From: Thermodesulfobacteriota bacterium
Lineage (GTDB): Bacteria; Desulfobacterota_D; UBA1144; Nemesobacterales; UBA2774
Length of the DNA stretch: 64,000 nucleotides
Reading direction: 5' to 3'
Assembly: GCA_041390285.1 (NCBI GenBank)
Contig: JAWKQD010000001.1
Location: forward strand, 152,839-216,838
Shown here: positions 40,214 to 49,870 of the stretch, one piece after another
Layout: every line of letters starts with the position of its first letter
How positions within the stretch are numbered: position 1 is the stretch's first letter
The notes under the pieces: generated by a model
Told to the model about the DNA's origin: nothing
The model's database searches: none
Seen by the model: the letters and a program-made list of their open reading frames with translations, nothing else
Made by a program: the position numbers and the translations under genes

Positions 40214-41306
40214 AGAGATAATAAGGCCTGTGCTGGACAGGCTCGATTCCGAAACTTTTCACGATCTGGCGAGGGAATCCCTTCATCTCGCCGAACTGAC
40301 CCCATAACATTAAAGCTCGTAGAATTATTCGCGGACGGCGGAAGCGCTTTGCGGACGAGAGGCTCCGCGTGAATCTCGGCGGGGTCGAGCTCGAAAATCC
40401 GCTCATCGTCGGCGCGGGATGGGACAAGCGGGACGGGCGGCGCTCGCGCTCTGGCAGCTCGGGTTCGCGGCGGTGGAAGTCGGCTCCGTCCTCGAATACC
40501 GCCAGCCGGGGAATCCGAAGCCGAGGCAGTTTATGGTTGCGCCGGGGACGGCGATAAACTGGCTCGGGTTCAACAGCCCGGGGATGGATGTTGTCGCGAA
40601 GAACCTCGGCCGGTACAAGAATCCGACGTTTAAGCTCGGGATCAGCATAGGGATGAACAAGGACGTCCCGCACGACGATTCGCCGCGCGCGCACGCTGTG
40701 GTCGCCGAGAGGCTTTACGGATACGCCGACTACTTCGCGATAAACGTGAGCTCGCCCAACACGCCCGGCCTCCGGAAGCTACTTGAGAAAGAGCGGACCG
40801 CCAACATCGTCAAGGCTGTAATAAACGCCATGGAGGGGAAGGGCGGGCGAAAGCCGCTGTTTGTGAAGGTCGCGCCCGAGCTCGACTGGAAGGCGATTGA
40901 CGATATCCTGGAAGTCGCGATTGACCACGGGGTGACGGGGATTATAGCGACGAACACGGCGGACGTGCCGGAGATGAAGGCGAAGTACGGCGAGAGGTGG
41001 AGGACGCAGCCGGGCGGGCTAAGCGGAGACGACCCGGATTACAGGCGAATGGCTACGGAGAAGATCGCCTACATATACAGGCACGCCGGGGACAGGCTCG
41101 ACATCATCGGAGTCGGCGGGGTTAAGGACGCCGGGACGGCGCTCGAAAAGATAAAGGCCGGGGCGAAGGCGCTACAGATAGTGACGGCTCTCAGGGGAGA
41201 AGGCACGGCGGTTGCCGGGAAGATAAACAAGGGGCTCGTGGAGTACATGGAGAGGGAAGGGGCGAAGTCGATAGAGGAACTGGTCGGCGTCGATGCGGGG
41301 AAGTGA
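40206..41306 (+). pseudogene. pyrD: Dihydroorotate dehydrogenase (quinone, class 2) PyrD, three single-base frameshifts in the first 230 nt
   Basis: ATG 40206 overlaps the ychF stop by 8 nt. MYKEIIRPVLDRLDSETFHDLARESLHLAELTP, then PITLKLVELFADGG, then KRFADERLRVNLGGVELENPLIVGAGWDK, then ORF 40419..41306 (GFAAVEVGSV...FAINVSSPNTPGLR...GIIATNT...GGLSG). Frames run 0, 2, 1, 0. Confidence 0.85.
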
Positions 41307-41515
41307 GGAGCAAACTTCAAAGTCTCAAAACTCACCTATACAGCACAGCGCCAGGCCGGGATAACTTTCACGCAATATGCCGGAGGGCTATAACGCACCG
41401 CTTTACTTTTATCAACCACGGCTTAAGCTGGGATTTCAACTATAAACAAAAAGGGAGCCGAAGCCCCCTTTCTGTAAATTAATAATTGTTTGTTGGTTCT
41501 AGACCCAGCAACACA

Positions 41516-42055
41516 TCACGGGAGACATAACACCCCTGACCATGTTGATTCATAAGTCTTATTCTCAAAATCGATTTCTAAGTTTTGTACCATATGACCG
41601 GAAGCGCCATCGTATTTACCGAAGCTTCCTTCGGAAATCCATTGTACCAAGCTGGATCCCACCTTATCATCTTTATCAAGTACAGTTACAAGCTGGCCGG
41701 CAAGCTGGTCGCCATTACTGTCTGTTATCAGCATAATACCGGTCAGCTCGGTGAATTTTGTTGCTTCAACATCAAACGCTTCCCTGGTTATATAGATCGT
41801 GTCCTCTTCTCCATTCAAACTTCCAGATACCTGGCCGGAAAAGCACCCATCCTCAATTTGAGAATCGCAGCCGGCGTCGCCCGTCGTTTGAATGACACCG
41901 CTCGATGCGCCACTAATATTCTGACACCCCGCCGTGGGTTCTCCGATCACGTCGTTACCGTTATTATCACTACAGCCGCCTATCGCAAAAAAAGTCACTG
42001 TAAGAATGATGAATATACCGACTATAGAATTGAGTTCCCCTAATCTCCTAATCAT
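41516..42055 (-). CDS. Lipoprotein of unknown function in a low-GC insert
   Basis: Internal ATG gives MIRRLGELNSIVGIFIILTVTFFAIGGC (lipobox). G+C is visibly lower than the flanks. No recognised domain. Confidence 0.55.
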   Translation of the reverse strand: MIRRLGELNSIVGIFIILTVTFFAIGGCSDNNGNDVIGEPTAGCQNISGASSGVIQTTGDAGCDSQIEDGCFSGQVSGSLNGEEDTIYITREAFDVEATKFTELTGIMLITDSNGDQLAGQLVTVLDKDDKVGSSLVQWISEGSFGKYDGASGHMVQNLEIDFENKTYESTWSGVLCLP

Positions 42056-42516
42056 CAGATAATTCCTCCTGTTAGATCGATTTTCGGTAATACCGGTCAA
42101 TGCTCTTTCGTATATGCCATGTACCTCCCGCCTTCTGTTGATTCGGGGCTAATTGCGAACCAAACGAGTGTTCGATCCCGTTCTTCTGAAAGCTAAAATG
42201 TACAACCATCTATGGAAGCGCAGCGGTAGGCGCCATCGGAATGAGAAATAAAAAGATTGAGTGGCTTTATAATCTCATTCCCCTTCTCCTTCAATCTTCT
42301 TATATTAATTATACGTACTTCATAGTTAATTTAGATGATATAGGGAGTAATAATTATAACCATAACCAATATTGTCAATTCCGGATCAGGCCGGACCATA
42401 CCGAAAAGCCCGGTTTTGTAAAGGATGAAAAAGGATTAGGCTTCTCTGAGTATCTAACAATTCCGGAGGGTTCTTGCGGTGCTTGAGGCGCTACACTTAT
42501 AATCACGCGTGCGGTT

Positions 42517-42680
42517 AAAGCCGGGCGAAGGCGCTACAGATAGTGACGGCTCTCAGGGGAGAGGGCACGGCGGTCGCCGGGAAGATAAACAAGGGGCTCG
42601 TAGAGTTTATGGAAAGGGAAGGGATTAAGTCTATTGGGGAGATTGTGGGGGTGGAAGCGAGGGTTGAAGTCCTGTCATAA
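42517..42680 (+). pseudogene. Orphan duplicate of the pyrD 3' end (last ~51 codons)
   Basis: 42526-42606 matches 41164-41244 with 3 mismatches in 81 nt (hand alignment). It translates as AKALQIVTALRGEGTAVAGKINKGLVEFMEREGIKSIGEIVGVEARVEVLS*, and a stop codon lies just upstream. Confidence 0.7.
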
Positions 42681-43079
42681 CCCGCATTCAAAGGGGGCGC
42701 CCCAATACTGGGCCGATGACATCCCGATGGTTGTCCGCTGCTGACATAGTGAGCGGAGGGCGGGTCGGCATCTATGCTCAGTTCTATCAGCATATATCCT
42801 CAAACAATTATCCAAAGATATATCTCTCACAGTATTAATTCGAGGTATTTCCGAGCAGTACCGGATATGCATTCTTGCAATCGGCTCGGGGAGTCTGATT
42901 CCTCTCAGGCTTCGCATGGCTTCGCCCCGACAAGACTCGCTCAAAATCGTTGTTCGAAATGACAAAAACTCTTGATGGATTGCTGGCGGAAATGGATTCC
43001 CGATACGGGCATTGATACTAAAAAAGGTAGGTTGCGAGCGGTACTGGATGAACGTTTGCGCATTGAAGTTGCAGCGACC

Positions 43080-43149
43080 GATTCCTCGCTCACTCGAAAT
43101 CGTTGGGAATGACAGAATGTGGGAGATTCCTCGCTCGCTCGAAATCGTA
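43080..43149 (+). repeat. Tandem pair of REP-like units GATTCCTCGCTC(A/G)CTCGAAATCGT, 45 nt apart
   Basis: Copies at 43080-43104 and 43125-43149. A degenerate third copy is at about 42897-42962 (GATTCCTCTCAGGC...GACTCGCTCAAAATCGTTGTTCGAAATGAC). Confidence 0.6.
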
Positions 43150-43190
43150 ATTCAGGATGACGACAACGACAAACCCAAATCCCCCTGTAT

Positions 43191-43209
43191 CCCCCTTTTC
43201 CTAAGGGGG
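43191..43209. repeat. Short perfect hairpin CCCCCTT-ttcct-AAGGGGG in the repeat-rich spacer
   Basis: 7-bp stem and 5-nt loop, 118 nt beyond the argJ stop. Not followed by a U-tract on either strand. Confidence 0.4.
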
Positions 43210-43326
43210 ATGAAAGTCGAAAGCAAAGCCGCGGCAGGTAAAAACGTTCGGAATGGCAATATACTATATATAATATATATACTTCAATGTAGGCTATCTG
43301 AATTTATTACGCCGAAACAAGAGCTC

Positions 43327-44502
43327 TCAAGTCCTGTAATGCGCGTTGATTTTGAGGTATTCGAACGTGATGTCGCTCGTTACGACGAAGGAGCTTTTCT
43401 TGCCCGATTTTAAATCGAGGGTTATCGAGAAGCTCGGGGTCTTCATGACTTCGAGAGCTTTGGCTTCGTCCATGACCTCTTTCGAGCTGCTTATGACCTT
43501 GTGATCGGCGAAGAAGAGGTCGAGCTTGTCCGGATTGAAATCCACGCCCGCACGCCCCGCCGCGGCGACTATCCTGCCCCAGTTCGGGTCTTCGCCGAAG
43601 AGGGCGCTCTTTACGAGAAGCGAGGTGCCTATTGTGCGCGCGACGGCCTCGGCGTCTTTCTCGGTCTTCGCACCCTTGACGATTATCTTCACAACCTTCG
43701 TCGCGCCTTCCCCGTCCTTTACTATCATGTGGGCGACCTCGGAAGACGCCTCGGTTACCGCGCCCAGGAGCTTCTGATAATCCTTCCCGCCGTCTACTGC
43801 CTTGTTGCCGAGCTTGCCGTTGGCGAGGAGGAGCACAGTGTCGTTCGTGGACGTGTCGCCGTCTACTATGATCTTGTTGAACGAGTTTCCGTTTGAGTCG
43901 GCGAGGAGCCTCGAAAGCGCCCTCTTGCCGACGTTTATGTCCGTCATGATGTAGGCGAGCATCGTAGCCATGTTCGGCATTATCATCCCGGCCCCTTTGC
44001 CTATGACGGCGACTGTGCCCTTGCTGCCGCCTATGGTGACGTCGACGGACGCGTATTTCGGAAACGCGTCTGTCGTCATGATGGCCTCGGCGACGTCAAG
44101 TATGCCGTCTTCCCTTAACTCGGAGACAAGCTGGGGCACCGCCTTCTTTATCTTATCCGTCGGAAGCGGGCCGCCTATGAGCCCCGTCGAGGACGGTATG
44201 ACGAGGTCTTCCGTTATCCCGAGACCCTGGGCGAGGTCGCGCGACGTCTGGACCGCGGCCTTCATTCCGGCAGGGCCGGTGAACGCGTTCGCGATGCCGC
44301 TGTTGATGAGCACAGCCTGACAGTATCCGCCCTTTATCCTCTCCATTCCGAGGACGACGGGCGGGGCCTTCACCACGTTTGTCGTGAATAGGCCGGCCGC
44401 TTTCGCGGGGGTTTCCGAGAATAAAAGGGCGAGGTCCTTTTTGCCTCTCTTTTTGATTCCGCAGGATATACCGCTCCCCAGGAAACCGGGAATTTTTATC
44501 AT
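43327..44502 (-). CDS. argJ: Bifunctional glutamate N-acetyltransferase / amino-acid N-acetyltransferase ArgJ
   Basis: 391 aa with the autoprocessing site context PNMATMLAYIMTD and KGAGMIMP. Confidence 0.92.
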   Translation of the reverse strand: MIKIPGFLGSGISCGIKKRGKKDLALLFSETPAKAAGLFTTNVVKAPPVVLGMERIKGGYCQAVLINSGIANAFTGPAGMKAAVQTSRDLAQGLGITEDLVIPSSTGLIGGPLPTDKIKKAVPQLVSELREDGILDVAEAIMTTDAFPKYASVDVTIGGSKGTVAVIGKGAGMIMPNMATMLAYIMTDINVGKRALSRLLADSNGNSFNKIIVDGDTSTNDTVLLLANGKLGNKAVDGGKDYQKLLGAVTEASSEVAHMIVKDGEGATKVVKIIVKGAKTEKDAEAVARTIGTSLLVKSALFGEDPNWGRIVAAAGRAGVDFNPDKLDLFFADHKVISSSKEVMDEAKALEVMKTPSFSITLDLKSGKKSSFVVTSDITFEYLKINAHYRT

Positions 44503-45209
44503 ACTGTCAGCTCCTCTATGAACTTCGACGAATTCAATTTTCTCTCTGTGTGGTATTCGGTGAATCTGAGAAACAGTTTTACGTATTTTACAACATTCTC
44601 AAGGTGAAGCTCCATCAAATCCCTTCGTCTGAGAAATTCTCTCGATATGAGGCCGCCGTTTTCGGCCCTGCTTCCGCAGGCTGTGCAGACTACGCCGCCC
44701 CTTCTTATACTGAAATGCGCCCTGTCGCCGGCGTCGTTTCCGCACTCGGCGCAGGTCTCGAGATTAGGCTCGTATCCGGAAAGGGCGAGGGTGCGGAGCT
44801 GAAACTCGAGCACGGCAGGGAGGGCGCTTTTGCCCTCGTCGAGCTCGGTGAATAGCCCCGTCAGCGCTTCGAACATCTCTTCGTTGGGGGCGTCCTTCGG
44901 GGTGAGGACGTCCACGATTTCGAGGGCGAGGCTCCCCCAGAGGAATAGCTCAATATCTTCCATGAGGCGGCGGAAGACCTTTACCGTTTCGGCGTCGTCC
45001 ACGAGCCTTAGCCCGCCTGACTTTTCCTTGTATCTCGCACGGAAGAGTACGAACGGCTCTATCCTGCCGCCGAAGCGCTTCCCGCTCGTCCTGGCGTTCT
45101 TCGCGAACCCGCTTATCTTCCCCGACTCCCTGGTGAAAAGCGTGAGGACGTAGTCCCTTTCGCCGTAGGGGGTTTTTCTCAGGAGATAGGCCTCCTGCCC
45201 GTTCATCAT
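44499..45209 (-). CDS. recO: DNA repair protein RecO
   Basis: N-terminal OB-fold pattern AYLLRKTPYGERDYVLTLFTRESGKISGFAKNAR and a C-terminal CxxC...CxxC zinc motif (CAECG...CTACG). Overlaps the argJ start by 4 nt. Confidence 0.88.
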   Translation of the reverse strand: MMNGQEAYLLRKTPYGERDYVLTLFTRESGKISGFAKNARTSGKRFGGRIEPFVLFRARYKEKSGGLRLVDDAETVKVFRRLMEDIELFLWGSLALEIVDVLTPKDAPNEEMFEALTGLFTELDEGKSALPAVLEFQLRTLALSGYEPNLETCAECGNDAGDRAHFSIRRGGVVCTACGSRAENGGLISREFLRRRDLMELHLENVVKYVKLFLRFTEYHTERKLNSSKFIEELTV

Positions 45210-45378
45210 ATTGTTATTATTACCAAAAAACGGCCTGTTCGCGAGGGTTCGGGGAATGTATACTTTCGCCGGTCTGGTGAAAAGCGGGTTGGTATTTTAT
45301 AATAAAGCCGAGTACCGGGTTTTCGATACGTCGGTTCATCATTGGGGGATGATGGAATACGACGGTCCGGAGTGAGTT

Positions 45379-46847
45379 ATGAACGGAATAATAATACTCT
45401 TCGAGAGGCAGGTTATTTCTATACTGTCGGCGGTGTTGTTCGCCGTGATTTTGGTGCAGGCCTACGGTGTGCCTGCCCGCGCGGCCAACAATTACAGCAA
45501 TGCGGAAAAGATATATCTCAAAAATGTGACGCCCATACTATATGAATATTCGCAGGTCGCCTCGCAGGTGAGCGCGAACGTTCTCCCGCTTCAGTCCGCG
45601 ACGCCCGAGGAATGCTCTCGCGAGTTTTCGGGTTATTTCTCCATAATGAGCGCCCTCGGGAAGCAGCTCGGAACTATTACTCCGCCCGCAAGGTTCGAGT
45701 CGGTACATGCGGATTCGGCTTCGGCCATATCGGATTACGAGAGGGCGCTTAACCTGTACGGCGCCGCATGCACACAGGAAGACTTCGGTACGAAGGAAGA
45801 GCTCGTAAGCCGTGCCGGCGCAGACGTGAACCGCTCCGTTGCAAGGATAAACAAGGTTTATAAAAACATAGAGGACCTGGGGGCGGTCGCCGCTGCACCT
45901 GCCGCCCCGGCCCCCGGAAGCACGGCCCCGGAGAACCTCTCGGAGTCGGCTATCGGGACAGCGCCTTTAGAAGAGTCTGCCCAGATAGAGGAGCAGTACG
46001 TGGAAGAGGAAGTCCCGGCAGCTCCGCGGCGACCCCCGCGCCTAAGACGAGGGAGGAAGTCCTCGAAGAGCTTTCGGGGACAGCGGATACCGGCGCAGCG
46101 CCAAAGGCTGTGGAGATTGAAAGGCCCGCCCCGCCTGCCCCGGTCGTCGAAGCGCCAAAGCCAACGCCGCCCCCTGCCGTAAAAGCCCCCGCGCCGACGA
46201 AACCGGCCCCCGAGGCACCGGCGCCACCCGCAGCGGAGACTGCAAAAATAGAAACGCCGGCCGCCACGGCGCCTCCGGCACCAACCGCGGAACCCGAGCC
46301 TGTTGCAACCGAGGCCCCGCCCGCACCCGAAAAGCCGGAAGCAGTGAAGGACGAGCCCGTACCGTCACCAAAGGCAGCCGCAACACCGGCCCCGGCCCCG
46401 ACCGAAGAAGCTCCCGCCGCCGGCCACTCGGTGAGTCCCGCGGAGCAGGCGGCCGTAGAGGAAGCCCTTCAGGCGGCCGAAGAAGTCGGACCGCCGCCGC
46501 CCGGGCCGGGGGACGTGACAGAGAAATCGATGGACACCGCCGCGCTCGCGCCGGAAGAGTTGAAAGAGGAAGCCCTTCCGGAGGACGAGATCAATACGTG
46601 GTGCAACGGCAGGTACGATACCGATTTCGAGCGTAAGTCCTGCGTCGAAATCCGAACCGAGGCGAAGGATAAGGCTGAGGCACTTGTTTCGTCTTTCAAG
46701 GACGGCACGCCTGAAAGGGATATAGTCGATAAATGCAGGTCGGACTGGAAAGAGGGCGTGACGTATAACTACGAGATGGTTGTGTCGTGTACACAGTTCT
46801 TCTGCAATCAGAAGGGACTCGAAGAGTGCACGAAGCTCTCGAAGTAA
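45379..46847 (+). pseudogene. Secreted two-domain protein with a long Pro/Ala-rich spacer (paralog of 32831..33564), one frameshift near 46020
   Basis: N-domain NAEKIYLKNVTPILYEYSQVASQVSANVL...ISDYERALNLYGAAC. The spacer is rich in PAP/APE motifs. C-domain INTWCNGRYDTDFERKSC...TPERDIVDKCRSDWKEG. The pieces are ORFs 45379..46182 and 46110..46847. Confidence 0.65.
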
Positions 46848-46913
46848 AACCGCACGGCTTGGCTATTCGGCACCTCGAAGAGTTCACAAGGACAGCCGCG
46901 ACGGACTCCTTGG

Positions 46914-48269
46914 TCAGTTGAAAATCAGCATTGCAATGAAGAGGTAGAAGACGGAGCCGAAGATGTCGTTGAACATCGTCAGGAACGGCCCGGATGCCGC
47001 CGCCGGATCGAACTTCAGCTTGTGGAGCACCAGCGGCCCGGCGACCCCGATGAATGATGTCGCCATGGTGGCCGACAGCATCGCGATGAATACCGCTATC
47101 GCGATCTTGAAAACCTCGGGCTCGTTGTAGCTTATAAGCGCCCCTATGCCCGCCGCCATCAGGCCGCATATAAAGCCGAGCGTGACCCCGACCCTTACTT
47201 CAAGAAAGATAATCCTCAGTATCTGTTTTATATTGATGGTCCCCATGCCGAGGCTTCTTATTACGATGGTCGTCGTCTGGAGACCTACGTTGCCCCCGGT
47301 GGCCATGATCGCCGGCATGAACGCGGCCAGTATGGCCACCTTCTGGAGAGTCGGCTCGAACGCGTAGACGATGATGAACGCGATGAAGAGCTCGCCGACG
47401 AGGGTCATTAGAAGCCACGGGATTCTCAGCTTTATGCGCGTACGGGTAGGGGTGTAGATGGGATGGAGCGTGTCGCCGACACCGGCCATCTGCATTATGT
47501 CCTCGGACGCCTCTTCGGCGATAACGTCGAGGATGTCGTCTGCCGTGATCCTGCCGAGAAGAGCGCCGTCGTCGTCCACGACGGGGACGGACAGTATGTC
47601 GAACTTCTGGAATATCTTCGCGACGTCCTCCTGGTCCATGTAGGGGGTGACCGTCACTTCGAGCGGCTCCATGATGTCCGTTACCTTCGAGCCCGGGGTC
47701 GCCAGAATGAGTGTCTGGAGGGAGATGTCACCGAGGAGCCCGTCGCTTTCGTCCGTTACGAATATCTGATAAAAGTCCGGGATCTCGTCGGCTATGAGCC
47801 TTATCCAGTTTATGGCGTCGCGGACGGTGAAGTTGCTGCCGACCTTGACGAGCTCGGTCTGCATGATGCCGCCCGCGGAGTCTTCGGGGTATTTGAGGAG
47901 AGGCTCGACGTCGCGGAGGCCCTCGGGGTCCATCTTCGAGAGAACTGAAGTCGCCGTCTGCTCGGGGAGCTCGCCGATAAGGTCGGCGGCGTCGTCGGAT
48001 TCCATCTCCTCGACTATCTCGGCGATCTTCTCGGCGTCGAGCTCGCCCAGTATCTCTTCCCTGTGCTCGGGGTCGAGCTCCAGTATGACTTCGGAGGCCG
48101 TTTCGGCGTCGAGCGCCTCCAAAATACGCTGGTAATCCTCGGGCGGGAACGCCGTCAGAATCCCGGCGATTTCGGCCGGATGGACGTCTGTCAGGACGTC
48201 CCTTATGTCCTGCAGGTTTCCTTCGAGGAGGTCGTTGGTTATTCTTTCGGCGAGCTCGGGACTTGGCAT
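46914..48269 (-). CDS. mgtE: Magnesium transporter MgtE
   Basis: MgtE N-domain, CBS pair (VTDESDGLLGDISLQTL..., VVDDDGALLGRITADDILDVI) and a five-TM C-terminal channel domain. Confidence 0.9.
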   Translation of the reverse strand: MPSPELAERITNDLLEGNLQDIRDVLTDVHPAEIAGILTAFPPEDYQRILEALDAETASEVILELDPEHREEILGELDAEKIAEIVEEMESDDAADLIGELPEQTATSVLSKMDPEGLRDVEPLLKYPEDSAGGIMQTELVKVGSNFTVRDAINWIRLIADEIPDFYQIFVTDESDGLLGDISLQTLILATPGSKVTDIMEPLEVTVTPYMDQEDVAKIFQKFDILSVPVVDDDGALLGRITADDILDVIAEEASEDIMQMAGVGDTLHPIYTPTRTRIKLRIPWLLMTLVGELFIAFIIVYAFEPTLQKVAILAAFMPAIMATGGNVGLQTTTIVIRSLGMGTINIKQILRIIFLEVRVGVTLGFICGLMAAGIGALISYNEPEVFKIAIAVFIAMLSATMATSFIGVAGPLVLHKLKFDPAAASGPFLTMFNDIFGSVFYLFIAMLIFN

Positions 48270-48368
48270 AATTTTCTCTGCCTCAGGGGATTACCGCCTT
48301 AGTGTATAGAAGGAACGTTAAAAGTAAAGTAGACTCTAGGCCCGAATCAGAAGCATGGCCCTCTTAAC

Positions 48369-49211
48369 ATGAATAGTATTAAAAATTACAGCAATTTCGT
48401 TAAATTCGAGCACACTCTGTTTTCGCTGCCGATGATCCTGGCCGGGACCTTTCTCGCATGGGGAGGGCTTCCGAATTTAAAGCTCCTCTTGCTCATAATA
48501 CTCGCGGGGACGGGGGCGCGGACCGCCGCGCTGGCGATAAACAGGATACTCGACCGGAAGATAGACGCACTTAATCCCCGGACGAAGGACAGGGAGCTGC
48601 CGTCGGGGAAGCTGAGCCTGGCGAAGGCCTCCGCCGTAACTATCGCTGGGCTCGTTCTTTACTTCGCCGCGGCGTACAAGATATGCGACCTCGTCCTTTA
48701 TCTGTCGCCGATACCGCTCGTCGTTTTCATCATATATCCGCTCATGAAGCGCTTTACGTGGCTCTGCCACTTCGGCGTCGGGCTCGGGCTCGCGCTGGCC
48801 CCTCTCGGGGGATGGGTGGCCGTAACGTGCTCGTTTCACAGCATTTATCCGGGCGTTTTGCTCGCATTGTTTACGCTTTTCTGGGTTTCTGGGTTCGACA
48901 TCATATACGCGACGATGGACGAAGCGTTCGACAGGGAGCAGGGGATATATTCGATCGTGGCGCGCTTCGGAAGGGGGACGGCTCTTTATGTATCGAGCCT
49001 GCTGCACCAGGCGGCGTTCTTCTCCATCGCCTTTTTATACTTCCTTATGTTCAAGACCATAGTCGCCGGAATCATGGTCGCCATTATCGGAATACTCCTT
49101 TTCCTCGAACAGAGAAAGTCGGCTAACGTGGACCTCGCGTTCTTTAAAATCAACATACTGGTGGGATTTTCCGTTTTTCTTTTCGTCCTCGCCGGGATAT
49201 ACTTACCCTAG
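48369..49211 (+). CDS. UbiA-family aromatic prenyltransferase (candidate MqnP-type naphthoate prenyltransferase)
   Basis: NRILDRKIDALNPRTKDRELPSGK (NxxxDxxxD motif), a second Asp-rich motif YATMDEAFD, about 8 TM helices. Sits in a cluster with ubiX/ubiD/mqn-type genes. Confidence 0.8.
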   Translation: MNSIKNYSNFVKFEHTLFSLPMILAGTFLAWGGLPNLKLLLLIILAGTGARTAALAINRILDRKIDALNPRTKDRELPSGKLSLAKASAVTIAGLVLYFAAAYKICDLVLYLSPIPLVVFIIYPLMKRFTWLCHFGVGLGLALAPLGGWVAVTCSFHSIYPGVLLALFTLFWVSGFDIIYATMDEAFDREQGIYSIVARFGRGTALYVSSLLHQAAFFSIAFLYFLMFKTIVAGIMVAIIGILLFLEQRKSANVDLAFFKINILVGFSVFLFVLAGIYLP

Positions 49212-49214
49212 ATT

Positions 49215-49766
49215 ATGAGAACAATTGTAGGCATTACCGGCGCATCAGGCGTCGCATACGGGGTCGAGTTCCTAAGAAGATGCCCCGACGACAAGTTCCT
49301 TATTTCGAGCAAGTGGGGGAGACACGTTCTTAACGAGGAGCTCGGGCTCAAGATAGAAGAGCTCCGCCCGTGGGTTAAGGACATATACAGCGATTCGGAC
49401 CTCGCGGCCCCTTTTTCGTCCGGGAGCAACCACTTCGATTCCCTCGTGGTCATCCCGTGCTCCGTATCCACGCTCGCCAAGATTGCGAACGGCATAGGCG
49501 ATTCGCTCATTACCCGCATAGCGCAGGTGGCCCTGAAAGAGAGAAGGCGGCTCGTCATAGCGCTCAGGGAAACCCCGCTCAGCTCCATCGCGCTCGAAAA
49601 CGCGCTCAAGCTGTCGCGCGAGGGGGCGATCATAATGCCGATAAGCCCGCCGCATTATCTTAAGGCCGAGACCGTCAGCGACCTCATCGAGGGGTACGTG
49701 GACAAGGTGCTGAATGTGGTAGGCGTCCCGACGGGCAACGGCTGGAAACAAGGGGAGCTCGACTAG
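49215..49766 (+). CDS. ubiX: Flavin prenyltransferase UbiX family
   Basis: IVGITGASGVAYG and PCSVSTLAKIANGIGDSLITR are typical of UbiX/Pad1. Confidence 0.88.
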   Translation: MRTIVGITGASGVAYGVEFLRRCPDDKFLISSKWGRHVLNEELGLKIEELRPWVKDIYSDSDLAAPFSSGSNHFDSLVVIPCSVSTLAKIANGIGDSLITRIAQVALKERRRLVIALRETPLSSIALENALKLSREGAIIMPISPPHYLKAETVSDLIEGYVDKVLNVVGVPTGNGWKQGELD

Positions 49767-49870
49767 GGCGCAGTTCCGCGGGTATTTTATCCGTTCCGCA
49801 GTATCGTTTCTCACCGGCATGTCAGGCTTTTCGCAGTGGATAATCAGGCTGTAACGGATTGGTGTCTAAA

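Noticed and set aside
42241-42486. 81-aa ORF in the AT-rich part of the pyrD insert
   Set aside because: Extremely AT-rich, low-complexity Asn/Tyr/Ile-rich translation with no RBS. More likely the promoter/leader region of the divergent lipoprotein gene.
41307-42516. Integrase, transposase or tRNA gene expected next to the duplicated pyrD end
   Set aside because: None found on either strand. The only ORF with coding character is a lipoprotein of unknown function, so the segment is reported as a scar rather than a mobile element.
43080-43149. Possible CRISPR array (25-nt repeats 45 nt apart)
   Set aside because: Only two good copies and one degenerate copy, a 20-nt spacer, no cas genes. The repeats resemble dispersed REP-type elements.
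43012-43413. 133-aa ORF spanning the repeat-rich spacer
   Set aside because: Its sequence (…IPRSLEIVGNDRMWEIPRSLEIVIQDDD…PLFLRGM…) is simply the REP-like repeats read in frame, and its 3' end is antisense to argJ.
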